Of a DNA stretch of 64,000 nucleotides, positions 11,320-24,330 are shown in pieces (the stretch's first letter is position 1; each line of letters begins with the position of its first letter). Source of the stretch: Mytilus edulis. Its lineage: Eukaryota. Where the stretch lies: the NCBI RefSeq assembly GCF_963676685.1, contig NC_092350.1, forward strand, positions 51,460,001-51,524,000, in the 5' to 3' direction. The position numbers and the translations under genes were made by a program. The notes beneath the pieces were generated by a model. That model saw nothing but the letters and a program-made list of their open reading frames with translations, ran no database searches and was not told where the DNA came from.

Positions 11320-12533
11320 CTATAAAAAAGGTAAAAAAAAATCATAGCTGAAACTAAATTTGCTACCAGATTGTTTTTTCAAAACTTAATAGATAACATA
11401 ATGTCTAAAAAATTATACATGCGTAGATAACATTCTGTCAAAATGAATTAAATTTTCCGTAGACTCTTAAATGTTTAAACAACATTTTGTGTTTTGATCG
11501 TATTTTGAGTGAATTTCATTTGGCAAACAGTACAAATATTTTCAAATTTTAACAGATAGAGGGCTAATTTCATTCATCAATTTTCATATGTCAATAATAT
11601 ACAATGAAAAAACACAGCCATGGTTTGGTGTATCAGCTGTCAGATATATCTTTTGTCAGAATTGATCAATTGCTAAAATTTATCAAAAACGAGAAATGAT
11701 GTGGTGATTAAGTATCACTTTCAAACATTCAAACTGTAACAGCTTTTTAATTCCATATATTGAAATTATCAAAAGTGTTACTAAAATAATCTTGGATGAA
11801 TAGAAAATCTACAATGCAATATAGATATTTTATTATTTTATTATGTTTTAAAATACGATTCTCTCTGCTCTATTATTTGCCCAGTCGTTTGAGCTATCCG
11901 ATCATTTCCAGCAACTGAGGTTTTCATAAACGGGTCTTCTCAATATGTTTCCTTGTTTGTTATTTGTTTTTTTTTTTTTTTTATGTTTTGACATTATCGT
12001 TTGCTTAATTACATCTGTACATTTTCTATTTTTAATTTGTGTACACGTATAATTACTGTCCTAAATACGCTTGAATAAATTGTATTGCAATGCCTTATTT
12101 TTCAAGTGTTTCAGCAGAAAGGGGCGACAAAAGTATGGTATAGTGAACAAAACACTTTTTTAAGAAAACATGTCTATATCTTTATGTTTTTCTTTTGTTT
12201 GTTTCTTTTTGGCTTCATGCTACAATTCCTGTCAAATTATATGAAAATTGCAACAAAACGGACCCAATTTGGTTTAAAAAAAAGATGCAATACAAATTTT
12301 GTTATAATAGTAACTAATGTTCCGTTATTTCATTTTAACAATAATATCATTTGAAATAAAAAATTGTTATAACACATTTGAAAAATATATACTTGCCTTA
12401 TTCAACACATAAAAATTGAATAAATTTTCTGTAATATGAATTGCTCAAAAACCAAATATAACGATATTATTGAAAGATCTAAAGTATTCAGTCATGTTCA
12501 AATCACAAATCTATGATCTTATGTATTACTTAC

Positions 12534-12708
12534 TATTTTGGAGGTTATTCATTGTGTCACTCAAATTGTTAAACCTTGACAACAATGTTTCAAAAGACTT
12601 TTCCAAGGCATCCGTTCTATTTCCAACTGTTGTGCCATTGCTTATGGATTTTGAAAGCACCTTTTGGAACAAAATTATTCCAACACCAAGAAAAATTGCG
12701 AAATGCAT
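12534..12708 (-). CDS. Secreted C1q-domain-containing protein (C1qDC), exon 1 (signal peptide + short coiled coil)
   Basis: Leader MHFAIFLGVGIILFQKVLS and heptad-like DALEKSFETLLSRFNNLSDTMNNLQ. Phase-1 donor A|GTAAG. join(12534..12708,10892..11319) = 603 nt, 200 aa. Confidence 0.85.
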
Positions 12709-14120
12709 GGTTCCTATTTTTCCGATTTAACACATTTACTACACCCGATTCAAAAGAAGTCAACAGTTATTTGGCATCTGACGTTTGTGTGTTAATGAAT
12801 AGATTATTTGGAAGTCAAAGGGTGGTATATTTTCAAGTACGACATGAGTAGCTTAATTTTGGCATCTAAGTTTGGCTCACCTGGACCTGATATATATATT
12901 GATTCTAAGTACGTATCTTTCAACCGTTTGCAAAGTTTTTGTTCTGCTAAATGTATCTAACACGTCTTCACCCAGTGGTAACTTTCCCCTCTCTTGGGCA
13001 AAGTTTACCTTAGATTGATTTGGCTATGTTTTAGATACGTTTTGTTTAAGTACATGTAGCTTTTTAATTGTGCTTTGGTTCTTATACCTGTACCGTGCAA
13101 GGCTATCTGTTGTTCAGTTTTTTGTTGTCCTTGTTTGTCAATATTTTCGGAGAGTTCGGTGTTTGGGTATATCTAGTCTGAATCCGCTTGGTTTCATTGG
13201 TAACATACTGCCTAATCTTCACTAGCATAATATGGTATTTAGACAAATTAGAGAAGGATTATCATCTATAAGTCAGCAAAATATGTCCAGATAGAGTTAC
13301 ATGACTACATTCGACATGCCACATTATGAGTTTGCCTTTCAAATCTGGCTTAGCGTGTCTATCTTGTGCAAAACAAAAGTTTCCTTTGCATATAATTTTA
13401 GCATCCTGATCATACATCACTTGATATTTTGCATTGTAAAACCATTCCATCAATATGAGTTTTGCCTGTTTTACTAGTCAGAGTGTTATTTTAAAAGTAC
13501 ATGTAAATCACGTTGTGTTTTATTATATTTCAGTATAAAGCAATGTGTTTGCATGATAACTGATTGGAAATCAAGATATATAAATAAACATAATTTTTTG
13601 TTCCACCATTAATTTATTCACCTCTCGCTCGGCTGGGAAGCAATATTATAAAATAAGATGCTGTAAAAGCGCTTAAGAGAAAAGCGTAATCATCAGGTGA
13701 GCAATGCTTATTGGAACTTCGAGGGAAAGTTGTCAATTAACATATCTATCTACTGCCTCTGAGGTAAATTGATTGCATAATCAAACACTTAAAATGTCAA
13801 ATAATCTAAAATTGTGTTTTAGCGTCTGATTGTTTTTCCCTAGTTATCTAATTGAATTTGGCATCAGTAATGTATGAAAACGTATTAAACGGAGTACAAA
13901 ATTGTGTTCCTCTACTTCAGGTTCATAACTATTCAAAAGCTAAATAATCAGACATTTAATCTACTTCGTTATATGAAGTGTCATAAAAGTGCCATGTGTT
14001 TCGCTTAGTTTTTGGAAATGGATCTGTTTAAACTATAATTGAGTATAATTGGCGTCCGGGCTCGTTCTAACAATGTCCACTTGCATACCGGTCACTTGCA
14101 TGCACTTTCATCTTATACTA

Positions 14121-14386
14121 AGGGAACTACCATTTGATTTGTAAGGGGAAGGGGGGTCTTGTATGAAAACTTTTGCCCTGCATTGTTTTTTAGTTGAAAT
14201 CTCTTTCATGTCTTTTAATTTTTCACTCTTTTTGGTACTGCCTTTTTTATTAGTTTATCCTGACTTCCGTTTACATAAATTGTCAAGTTGCTAATCCTGC
14301 CATATTTCACCCAAAACTCCAGCCCTCCCTTTTTTAAATTTCGTCAAGCCCCCACCCCCCTTTTTCATATCAAATGGAAGCTCCCT
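14121..14386. mobile_element. MITE with AGGGAGCTACCATTTGA-type TIR and TA target duplication
   Basis: TA|AGGGAACTACCATTTGAT...ATCAAATGGAAGCTCCCT|TA. Inverted relative of 19591-21152. Confidence 0.8.
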
Positions 14387-14599
14387 TAGAGACTATTTTA
14401 AAACAAGCATTGAAGGAAAACATCAGACACTAAAAGGATTTACATTCACAACACTTACCGTTATCTTGATTATATGTTTTCGTTACATAATAAAGAATTT
14501 TCTGAATTTACTGCAGAAATTTAATCAAAGAAACATACTTTAAATAAATCAAAAAACGGTAATAACAGTCTTTTCCTAGATTCAGGTATTTCGGTTTTA

Positions 14600-15010
14600 C
14601 ACGGGAAACTTCAAACTAAATTTTACGACAAAAGGACGATTTTTCGTTCCCTATTGTTAATTTTCCCTTTTTGGGGATACTCCTTTGGTATCGTCTTGTG
14701 GTGTTTATATTTCACAACTAGTTCGCTATGCCCGTGTCTGTTGTGACGTTTTTTGATTAAGCCAGGGATTTCGTTGCCACAAATTACTTAGAACCTTTAC
14801 TAAATTCTTCCATAGATACATTGTATAAAGATTTGATTTTGAAATCCTCATTTTTACGGAAATGTTGTTCACCGTGGCCGTAAATTTAGAAACGATCCTG
14901 GTAAACTTATCGATCCTTTAAATAATTACTAAAAGGTTAAAAGGTTACCAATTCAACACTGTAACTAAACCATTAAGTATTGCTTTTATTGGTATTAATA
15001 TTGGTTTTGT
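14600..15010 (+). mobile_element. Penelope-like retroelement RT C-terminal fragment (decayed)
   Basis: Frameshifted translation KLQTKFYDK(R)DDFSFPIVNFPFL..GVYISQLVRYARVC, the typical PLE RT thumb motif. Confidence 0.75.
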
Positions 15011-16326
15011 TATCAGTAAATTAAAAGCAAACTAAATATTATTGATACATATACACATGCATTGATCTACAATCTGTCTATACCTGTATCTATAACTGCG
15101 AGTACTCTCAGATAAGTACTTTGTGTCTTTTTGTTGTTGGGATAAACAAGTACCCGGCAACGTCCACTCTATGTTTTTGTTAGATGTTTTTCTATTTGTA
15201 TCCATCTGATGAGTTAAGACGTTTTCAACTGATTTTCATAGTTCGTTCTAATGTTGTACTGTACCACTATCCCAGGTTATGAGGAAGTTTGTGATCCCAC
15301 TAACATGTTTAATCACCCATATTCTGTATGTATGTGCCTGTCTCAAGTCAGGAGCCTGTAATTATGTGGTTGTCGTTTGTTGATGTGTTGTATAGTTGTT
15401 TTTCGTTTATTTTATGTACCTTAATTAGGCCGTTCTTTTTCTCGTTTAAATTGTTTTACATTTGTCATTCAAGGACTTTAATAGATTACTATGTGTAATA
15501 AGGCTTTGCTCATTGTTTAAGGCCGTACAGTTACCTATAGTTGTTAATTTCTGTGTCATTTTGGTTTCTTGTAGAGAATTGTCTAATTGGCAATCATATA
15601 TGTACCACATCTTCTTTTGCACGTACATGCGAACCTTTTTTTTTTAAATCACAACATCAATGGTTGTAATTGTTTGTTCAACTAAGTAAAAACTACGAGT
15701 ACATTTTGTAACTATTAAAAGCATAGTGTTAAATGTCGTTGTAAAAATATTCATAGTACTTTTGAAAAACATAATGTAGGTTCAATTCGACTTTAGATAA
15801 TTAAAATTAAATTAAAATAAAATATCAACTAATCTAATGTACTGGTAACCTATTTTGACATCTAATTAATGCGCTCGTGGTTTAAATATCAAAACGTTAA
15901 AGTTCACCACGTCTTTCAGTACAAATAAAAGATAATCCAGTTTAAAAGATTATTTACTTAAAATAACTAAAATAATTTATTTTAAAGGTTGTTTATTTCC
16001 GAAGATTTAGAAACAATGTGAATTTGGGCGAGTTTCTTACATTGAGGAAAGAGCTTTAGTTTAAACATATTTTAAGTAGCAAAAGGGATTGGACACAAGT
16101 TATAACAACATTAGAGACGTCCTCTCCCAATACTAATATAAACACAAAGTACATTAGATAATGACGAAAAAACATAGTAGGAATGCATGTAATACATCCT
16201 ACAAACGAAAATTAGAAATACAAAGAAAACAAATACAATGATATAAGGAATAATAATGAAAAAACTGGACTAGAGTGAAGGGTTGTAAAGTAGAAATTTA
16301 GAATGTTAATTGTTTAAATCTTTGTG

Positions 16327-17030
16327 TTATTCTGATATAAGATAGTACGGACTCAAAAATGTCTTTGTTTTGCTGAAAAGGAAGGCCACCGTCACCAGTT
16401 TTAATAGAAGCTCAATGGATATAGCATGTCTTTCTAATTTTGAAAACAGTATTTCTCTTGCTTCGTTGTGAATAGCGCTCTCTAAAAAATAGTGTATACT
16501 GTCCTCAACAGGGTGGCCACAGCTGCGTGCGGGACTGGGTTTAATATTAACACGATGTAAATCTGAATTCAAAGAACTGCACATATTTCTCAAACGTGTA
16601 TGAATGATATTAAGTTTTCTATCCCCACAACTAAAATAGGAAGGTGGCTGTATCAATTTGGACTTCATCTTTCGTTCAAAAAATATTTATATTTTTGGAC
16701 GTACGTATGTCGGGGTTAAGGCTATTCCATTCAATAGTAGTGGATGGAAAAAAGGATTTCTAGTTATGTCTAGTCTGTAACCGGGTACTACATAATTATT
16801 ACTGTTTCGCAAATCGTACTTAGATTCTTGATCAACAAGTGTGGGCATTAAATCACAGAGATAATCAGGGGCAGTCCCATTATGTAAAGAATAGAACATA
16901 TTGAGCTTTCTGGACTTTCTTCTGTCCACAAGCAATTGCCAGACAGTTTCAAAATATATAGCTTCCCGACTAGCAAACACGGGCAACCCAGTTACTAATC
17001 TCCCTGCTTCTAACTGAATATGTTCTAAAT
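16327..17030 (-). mobile_element. 5'-truncated LINE (CR1/L2-group) ORF2 C-terminal fragment
   Basis: IQLEAGRLVTGLP..SREAIY.E..W..L.DRR..RKL.MFY....G.APDYL, then IHTRLR..CSSLN.DL...SCGHPVED..HYFL. Frameshifted, A-rich 3' flank. Confidence 0.85.
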
Positions 17031-19218
17031 TGTTCTAAACATGTTCTAAAGGAAAGAGCAATCTGATCAATTTGAACTGTTTGAAGTAGGAAGTTTTAAA
17101 GAGGAATATATATACTCAGTGTCGGATTCAGGGAGTGGGGGTCGTATGTCCCCTTTCTTTATTGGAAAATATATCTGGTGTTTTTTTGGATTTTTTTTTA
17201 TTGGGGGGGAGGGGAGGGGGGGGCGCAAAATAATCAAAAAATATTCTACTGTTTTATTTTCAAAAATCCTTCATTTGCACATGATGTTAGTGCTTATTCA
17301 CAAATAGCATACCACAGCTCTGCTAAGGATCAAACTGTAAGAAAACTTTTCATAAATTGCTACAACAAAAAAACCGCAAAATGCATATTAAGATACTATA
17401 TTTTTTTACTGAATTCGTTCAGAAACAAATGTTTGAACATGGTTTTGGTTTACTCAGCATAATTTCAACATAAAAATACATAAATTCAGTACTAAATTTA
17501 CCTTAATCGTTGTCTCTCGTTAATATTGTATACTAATAATACGAATGTGTGTTCCCTCTTCAGTTTATAGTTCTGTGGAATAACATTTTGTAAAGTTTAA
17601 GAAACAATAAATTTGCTATCCTTTTTTTTTAAATATTTTTACAGATGCGACTGTTTCTTTCAACAACAGCAAAACAATGAAATACATGTAAACGACATAC
17701 AGCCATTAAAATGAAAGCTTACATCAAACATTTAGGTTTTCAAATATAATCAAACACTGTCAACATCTTCAGATATTTGCTGTGAAAAGTGGATCCGTTC
17801 CATTCCGAAATATCTGATGCACAAACAAAGGATTCGTGCTCTGTCACCCAACGTGACATAATAGGAGAATTAAGGACAGATATGTAAATGATAATGATAT
17901 ATACCATGGTTGTCTCATTGGCAATATACCACTTTTCTGCATTTTCTTATGCCAAGGAAAGGGTTCGTATCATATATGGTTAGCATATAAATTGGTCGAT
18001 TGTGTTGGCTTTTAAAAGTCACATTTTCCATATATAAATGCATTTGTTTTAAAATGAATCTTAATTAAAATATTGAAATTCCGTTCCATCCTTAGCTAAT
18101 AATCCATCTAATGAAAACATTACATAAACAAAATATTTTAATATACTGTTTGAAAATACAGAAACTCCTATACTTAATCATACTTGAATATATTTAACCC
18201 TATTATTCATATTTAGTCAACATATATGGGTACAAATACGAGCACGTGTAATTATTAATTCGATCCATGTTAAAATCTCAATACCTCTGTATAGAATTCG
18301 GTTATAATGTTAATTTTAAATTTAATCGGTTACACATTTATTTTAAACAGACGTACAAAGATCAATTGGTAATATGCATCATATGTATTCTAAATTGATT
18401 GAAAACAAATTAATCCCTTTTACTATTTATAACTCTACAAATTAAATTAACACGATTAAGCTTTTCAAGACCATGCACCTGCTGCAAGAAAACGAAAGTT
18501 TTTTTTCGGTCACTTTTAGAAATCGATTTTAAAGATAATCTGAAAAGGGGGAGGGCTGAGTAAGGGTTCGTTTCCAACCTTTTAAACGTAGAATGTGTAG
18601 TAACTTTGATGTGTGTTCAATAACATATTTAGTTTTAACTTTATTATTAGTTATCAAAACTACGTCGAAACAAGCGCCGTTATAACGTACAAGATTTGCC
18701 AAATTAGAATAGACCTAGATCTCCCTTTGATCACATTGTTGATATCTTGATAACAGTTGTTTGAAAGATATAAAATATGAATTGCCAACTTGTTTCTGAA
18801 CATGTTCAGGTTTATATAATTTTACATCAATAAGCTAAAACTAGCAGCCTTTTTTCTTTGATTTTCTACGTATTTATCAAAATTTTAATCCGTTATTATT
18901 TGAGTCGATAAAGGTCCGTAATTTGCCATACTAACTCTGTCTCCTTTATTGAGCCTCAGAACCACGGAATTCATGCCATTGTCGTAATGAAGACCAGAGC
19001 TGGCACCAGAATACAGCAAAAGTTTATACTGGTTATATTTATTACCGTTCTTATTTTTCTGGTTAACTACTCGTAAACCGACTTTCTAGTGTGGTACCAC
19101 GCTTCGTCAATAATGACGAAAAACATACCATGTTCCTGTAATCGGAACTGTGAAAATTCCATTTGATGGGTCATATGCGTAACCTTGATTAGTTATCCCT
19201 CTTCCAAACTTTATTGTC

Positions 19219-19323
19219 CAGTGGCGGACATGTAGTTGGACCCCCCCCCCCCTCCCCCCTTCCTTATTTTTGTCCTGGGTTACGACCCCGTCCCCTATTT
19301 TTAAACGGCTGAATCCGCCCCTG
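19219..19323. mobile_element. CAGTGGCGGA-type mini MITE inside the C1q domain
   Basis: TIR CAGTGGCGGA/TCCGCCCCTG with a TTGTC direct repeat on both sides. Excision restores SHATIKF. Confidence 0.85.
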
Positions 19324-19590
19324 TTGTCGCATGAGAACCTAGGTTTTGAATGCTATGTGACACTTGTGCAGTGAATGAAATGTCCAGTGTTAGTTTTACT
19401 GAGTTGTATTTGTTTTCTAGGGCAACAATGTTCTTGTTAACTTGTTTCCGCCTGGATGACACCGTTGATGTTACTTTCTCTCTTGATCTGCTTATTGTTT
19501 GGTCAAGTGCTTCACTTTTGTATCATGGTGGCTTGTTTTCCCAGTACAGGTTTCCTTTTGAGATTTGATGATTAGTTCTATAATTATTTA

Positions 19591-21152
19591 AGGGAGCTAC
19601 AATTTGATTTTATTGGAAGGGGGAATCGGCTAGGATGAAATTTGAAGATAATAATTAGGCAGGACAGAATTTTGAGTAAAAATAAAGGCAGGATGGCAAT
19701 TTATGTAAGAAAAGAAGTCAGCATAAAATAATAATGAATAAGGCAGGACCGAATAGAGTGAAAAATTAAAAAAACTAGAGGCTCTAAAGAGCCTGTGTCG
19801 CTCACCTTGGTCTATGTGAATATTAAAGGAAGCAGATGGATTCATGACAAAATTGTGTTTTGGTGATGGTGATGTGTTTGTACATCTTACTTTACTGAAC
19901 ATTCTTGCTGCTTAAAATTATCTCTATCTATAATGAACTTGGCCCATTAGTTTCAGTGGAAAATGTTAGTAAAAATTTACAAATTTTATGAAAATTGTTA
20001 AAAATTGACTATAAAGAACAATAACTCCTAGGTCAATTGACCATTTCGGTCATGTTGACTTATTTGTAAATCTTATTTTGCTGAACATTATTGTTTTTAC
20101 AGTTTATCTCTATCAATAATAATATTCAAGATAATGACCAAAAACAGCAAAATTTCCTTAAAACTAACAATTCAGGGTCAGCAACCCAACAACGGGTTGT
20201 CCGATTCATCTAAAAATTTCTGAGCAGATAAATGTTGACCTGATAAACAATTTCACCCCATGTCATATTGCTCTAAATGCTTTGGGTTTTGAGTTATAAG
20301 CCAAAAACTGCATTTTACCCCATGTTCTATTTTTAGCCATGGCGGCCATCTTGGTTGGATGGCCGGGTCACCGGACACATTTTCAAACTACTAACCCAAA
20401 AGATGATTGTGGCCAAGTTTGGATTAATTTGGCCAAGTAGTTTAGAGGAGAAGATTTTTGTAAAAGATTATTAAGATTTACGAAAAATGGTTAAAAATTG
20501 ACTATAAAGGGCAATAACTCCTAAACGGGTCAACTGACCATTTCAGTCATGTTGATTTATTTGTAAATCTTACTTTCTGAACATTATTGCTGTTTACTGT
20601 TTATCTCTATCTATAATAATATTCAAGATAATAACCAAAAACAGCAAAATTTCCTTAAAATTACTAATTCAGGGGCAGCAACCCAACATCGGGTTATCCG
20701 ATTCATCTGAAAATTTCAGGGCAGATAGATCTTCACCTGTTTAACAATTCTACCCTTGTCAGATTTGCTCTAAATGCTTTGGTTTTTGAGTTATAAGCCA
20801 AAAACTGTATTTTACCCCTATGTTCTATTTTTAGCCATGGTGGCCATCTTGGTTGGTTGGCGGGGTCACGCCACACATTTTCAAAACTAGATACCCCAAT
20901 GATGATTGTGGCCAAGTTTGGTTTAATTTGGCCCAGTAGTTTCAGAGGTGAAGATTTTTGTAAAAGTTAACGACGACGGACGACGGACGACGGACGACGA
21001 CGGACGCCGGATGCAAAGTGATGGGAAAAGCTCACTTGGCCCTTCGGGCCAGGTGAACTAAAAAAGGAAGGACAAAGATTGTAACTAAAACAAAAATGTT
21101 CATCCTATCACACCTCATCCTCAATCCCATTAAAATCCAATGGTAGCTCCCT
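19591..21152. mobile_element. Same MITE family inserted in the C1q pseudogene, carrying a nested Helentron-type element
   Basis: TA|AGGGAGCTAC...GTAGCTCCCT|TA. Removing it rejoins the C1q frame (MIV/NNYR). Confidence 0.85.
19773..21062. mobile_element. Non-autonomous Helentron-type (HINE/pearl-like) element with ~490-bp internal tandem repeat
   Basis: Left end hairpin GGCTCTAAAGAGCC..GCTCACC. Two core repeats (about 19990 and 20483). (GGAC/GAC)n microsatellite 20970-21006. Terminal hairpin GCTCACTTGGCCCTTCGGGCCAGGTGAAC. Inserted in an A-run with no TSD. Confidence 0.85.
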
Positions 21153-21771
21153 TACAATCATAGTTAAGTCAGTCATTTCTATCAGCCTTTGTGAGATTTA
21201 TATTATCTCCATATAACGGTGGCACAATGTGCAGATTTATACACATCAATACAATATAAGCTTTAAACATTAACTTTGTGAACTGAATAGCGGTTTTGAT
21301 TCTAGTTGGATTTCTCGAACTTTTAATTTTTAGAATGAATATCATTGAACGAAAAACAATTAGTTAAGATTTGTAAACGTAAAGTAAGATATAAATGTTA
21401 CAATAAATGGAATATTTGCATGCAGAAAGGTAAAAAATGGACCATATGTTCCAGATTTTTTTATTCTAGCGTTATCGATTTAATGTAATAACAAATGGAA
21501 ATATGACGAGGGAGGCTTATAACGACCTTGGCTTCCTATGAGGGTCTTCGAGGTCGATTTGGAAATACGTGGTTTGAGCAACAACAACAACAAAAAAAGC
21601 ATTGGTTGTTTATTTATATATATTTGTATCATTTTCCGTGTGCGTTAGATCATGCAGACTGTTGTCTGCTCTACTGTCGGGATATTGTCTCTTTGATGAC
21701 AAGACAAGACAAGATCAGGCTAATCAATCAATCAGTACCGTAAACTTTTTGTATTCATATTTACGGTGGTA

Positions 21772-21900
21772 CATAGGCGTATTTAGGGGTGGCCCTTTTT
21801 GTGGAAAAAAAAATTGTTTATATAGGGAATTACTGAACCATGACTGAAGCTCCCCCTCCAACTCACCCCCTCTTATATTTGTTTTTTAGATACGCTACTA
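21772..21900. mobile_element. hAT-like mini MITE
   Basis: Imperfect TIR (GCGTATTTA/TAGATACGC) and 8-bp flanking repeat CGGTGGTA/CGGTGGCA. Confidence 0.7.
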
Positions 21901-22707
21901 CGGTGGCAATATATATTTAATTAGGTTTAATGATTTGAAGTGCATACCTTCCGTTGTATTTGTAATTGTTATAGATTTTAAAACGTTGAACTTCCCTTTT
22001 CCATAACGGCACTGGTATCGTATCTATTAATCTCTCGTATCAAAGCGCTAGACATGATCTCATACGGGTCGAAGGATTATATCAGGGACGATATGGAAAA
22101 TGAGAGCATGTTATATTTTTTTTTGTTGCACATTAATACTTTTGTTGTTGTGGGTTTTTTTTTTTTTTTTAGGTGTTGTTGGTTATTTTTTGTTATTTTT
22201 TTTTGTTGTTGTTTTTTTTTTGGGGGGGGGGGGGGGTAGTAAGCAATAATATACGACTGAAGCGCATTTCGACATGTTATGTTTATTCATCGATGCACGG
22301 ATGCCAAATTCAAAACCATACATACAAACGTAATGGATGAAAAGTAAAATAACAAAAGTATCGAACTATGAAATTCAAAACGGAAAGTCCTTGAACGAAA
22401 TGCTGAAATCAAAAGCTTAAATACATCTGAACAAATGGAAACAATTTATATTCCTGACTTAGTACAAGCAATTCCTTATGTTGAAAAGGTTGGATTAAAC
22501 CTTGTTTCATAGGTTGTATGACATGGGCAAAACATTGCATTGTAATAACATTAATGAGTGAGCAAAACGAATCATGTAAAAATGTCAACAATTGGATATA
22601 GCCGTCAACATTGTGTTATTATTTTTATCCCTATAAAACCAAATAACTATTTCAACAAAGAAAACAAAAATGGCATGTAGACACTCTATAAACAAAGCAC
22701 ATATTAA

Positions 22708-22855
22708 CAGTGGCGGATCCAGAAATTTTTCGGGGCCAACTGACTGCCTAAGAGGGGTCCCGCTCCGGTCATGCTTTAGTGAATCCCTATATAATCAACC
22801 AATTTTTTCCCAGAAAAAGTGGGGGCAGGCCTCCTGCCTCCTAAATCTGCCTCTG
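22708..22855. mobile_element. CAGTGGCGGATCC-type MITE
   Basis: CAGTGGCGGATCCAG...CTAAATCTGCCTCTG imperfect TIR. Confidence 0.7.
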
Positions 22856-23253
22856 CATAAGCAAAATTGAAAGACACAAATACAACACTTTATACTGCAA
22901 CTAGTTGTTTTATTTCCTAAATATAGTAACATAGCTATATGTTGTATAAGGTCAATTTCATCAAGGAACTCTTTCTCCACAATCAGACGTCCATTAAGGG
23001 ATGAAAATAAGTTTGACATTTGTGTAACGATTTAAAAGGCTATCATTTAATTAATTCAAGTTTCAGTATAAAAACAAAATTAAGTCAATATCATAAAACC
23101 CTAGTTTCTCAGCCTCATACAAAAAAGTTTATATTTTCCTGACATTGATCTAATATTTTAAATGACCATTGCACAATTATTTCACATTAACTGGGCGAAA
23201 ATATACCGCGCCATGCCTTTTACTTCAAACTTTATTTTACATTGATTAAATTT

Positions 23254-23394
23254 TGCCTCCGTAGAGGCGTTCAGAAATTGCGACTGCTGCCGTATTTCAG
23301 GCATCAGCGCGGGGTATTGGGTATAGTTTTCAACTAGCAATAACCACGTCTCGGATAAACCTCATCGACTATGGTACCGCCACTGCGCAAAGCT
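23254..23394 (-). ncRNA. U4: U4 spliceosomal snRNA
   Basis: Minus strand reads AGCTTTGCGCAGTGGC (U6 stem II) ... GATGAGGTTTATCCGAGAC (k-turn 5' stem-loop) ... TTATTGCTAGTTGAAAACT (stem I) ... CCCAATACCCCGC ... AATTTCTG (Sm site) ... GCCTCTACGGAGGC (3' hairpin). About 141 nt, colinear with metazoan U4. Confidence 0.96.
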
Positions 23395-23438
23395 GACGAA
23401 TATTTGGGTTACATAAAACCCGGTTAAACTCATTTATT

Positions 23439-23456
23439 CTATTAACTACGGTATAG
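23439..23456 (-). promoter_or_regulatory. Putative snRNA proximal sequence element (PSE) of the U4 gene
   Basis: CTATACCGTAGTTAATAG at about -62..-45 from the U4 5' end. Position and the ACCGT core resemble metazoan PSEs. Confidence 0.6.
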
Positions 23457-24176
23457 ACTAAAATTTTAAAAAACAAACTTGAATTTAAAATATCTTAATA
23501 AATACTTTTAAAGCACTAAAATCATATAAAATCATGTATCAATTTTATTTAAACAACAAACATTAGATAATATGTCTGCCTAAAACATAACAGCATTTTT
23601 TTCCTAAAACAAGCTTTTCTAGGGGAAGTAACTCAAATTTTTATGCTATTTGTTATCATCACGAAATAATGCCTGCTAAAGAAAACAAGATTTAGAATTT
23701 GTACTATATTATTTGTCACTTATATATTAATTGCGCATAGCTAACAAGTTACAATCAAGACTTGAGGACACTTAAGATAAAATTAGAAAAAAGGGGGTGT
23801 ATTTAGTGTCAACTCACAACAACTGATTCACAGATCATCTCGAGCAGATCATGCAGCCCAGTTCATGAATTAGTGGCGTTACTCAGAACTTTAATTATGC
23901 TTGGGTGCGGGACACTAATATACAATGAGTGGTAGGGTAGGGAGCCACCGAAATAGTGTATAAGATATTAATATTGACTCAATATTGTGAATGTAGAATG
24001 AATACAAACAAAGATTGAAAACAGTTGTTGATTTTTAGATAATTCAATCTCATAACCGATCATAACAAATGGACAAACTGACACACCTTTTTCACTTCTT
24101 GGAATACCCTCCGTACAAACATACGTGTCTAGACTAACTTGTATCCAATAGATATCGCATGCACAAGACCAGACAA

Positions 24177-24330
24177 CAGTGGCGGATCCAGTCATTTAAA
24201 AAAGAGGGGGTTCCCAACCCAGGACAAAAGGGGGGGGCAACTATATGTTCCCATTCAAATACATTGATCGGCCAAAAAAAGGGGGATTCAACCCCCAGAA
24301 CCCCCCCCCCCCCCCCTGGATCCGCCAATG
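24177..24330. mobile_element. CAGTGGCGGATCC-type MITE
   Basis: CAGTGGCGGATCCAG...CTGGATCCGCCAATG TIR, poly-G/C interior. Confidence 0.75.

Larger units (their letters stand above)
18877..21270 (-). pseudogene. C1q-domain pseudogene interrupted by nested transposon insertions
   Basis: Manual minus-strand translation: leader MFKAYIVLMCINLHIVPPLYG (21270), coiled-coil-like ...NIVALENKYNSVK, then ISFTAQV..NLGSHAT[MITE]IKFGRGITNQGYAYDPSNGIFTVPITGT and NSVVLRLNKGDRVSM. Has in-frame stops, frameshifts and insertions at 19219-19323 and 19591-21152. Confidence 0.85.

Noticed and set aside
13085-13470. Exon-like segment (AG...GT) with a 63-aa ORF
   Set aside because: Stops in all frames across the segment and no domain recognised.
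15206-15260. CTGATGAG downstream of the Penelope fragment
   Set aside because: No stem II followed by GAAA, so a hammerhead cannot be built.
17502-17710. Signal-peptide-like reading (MYFIVLLLLKETVAS) with a downstream donor-like site
   Set aside because: The frame breaks soon after and no partner exon was found. May be a relic but cannot be supported.
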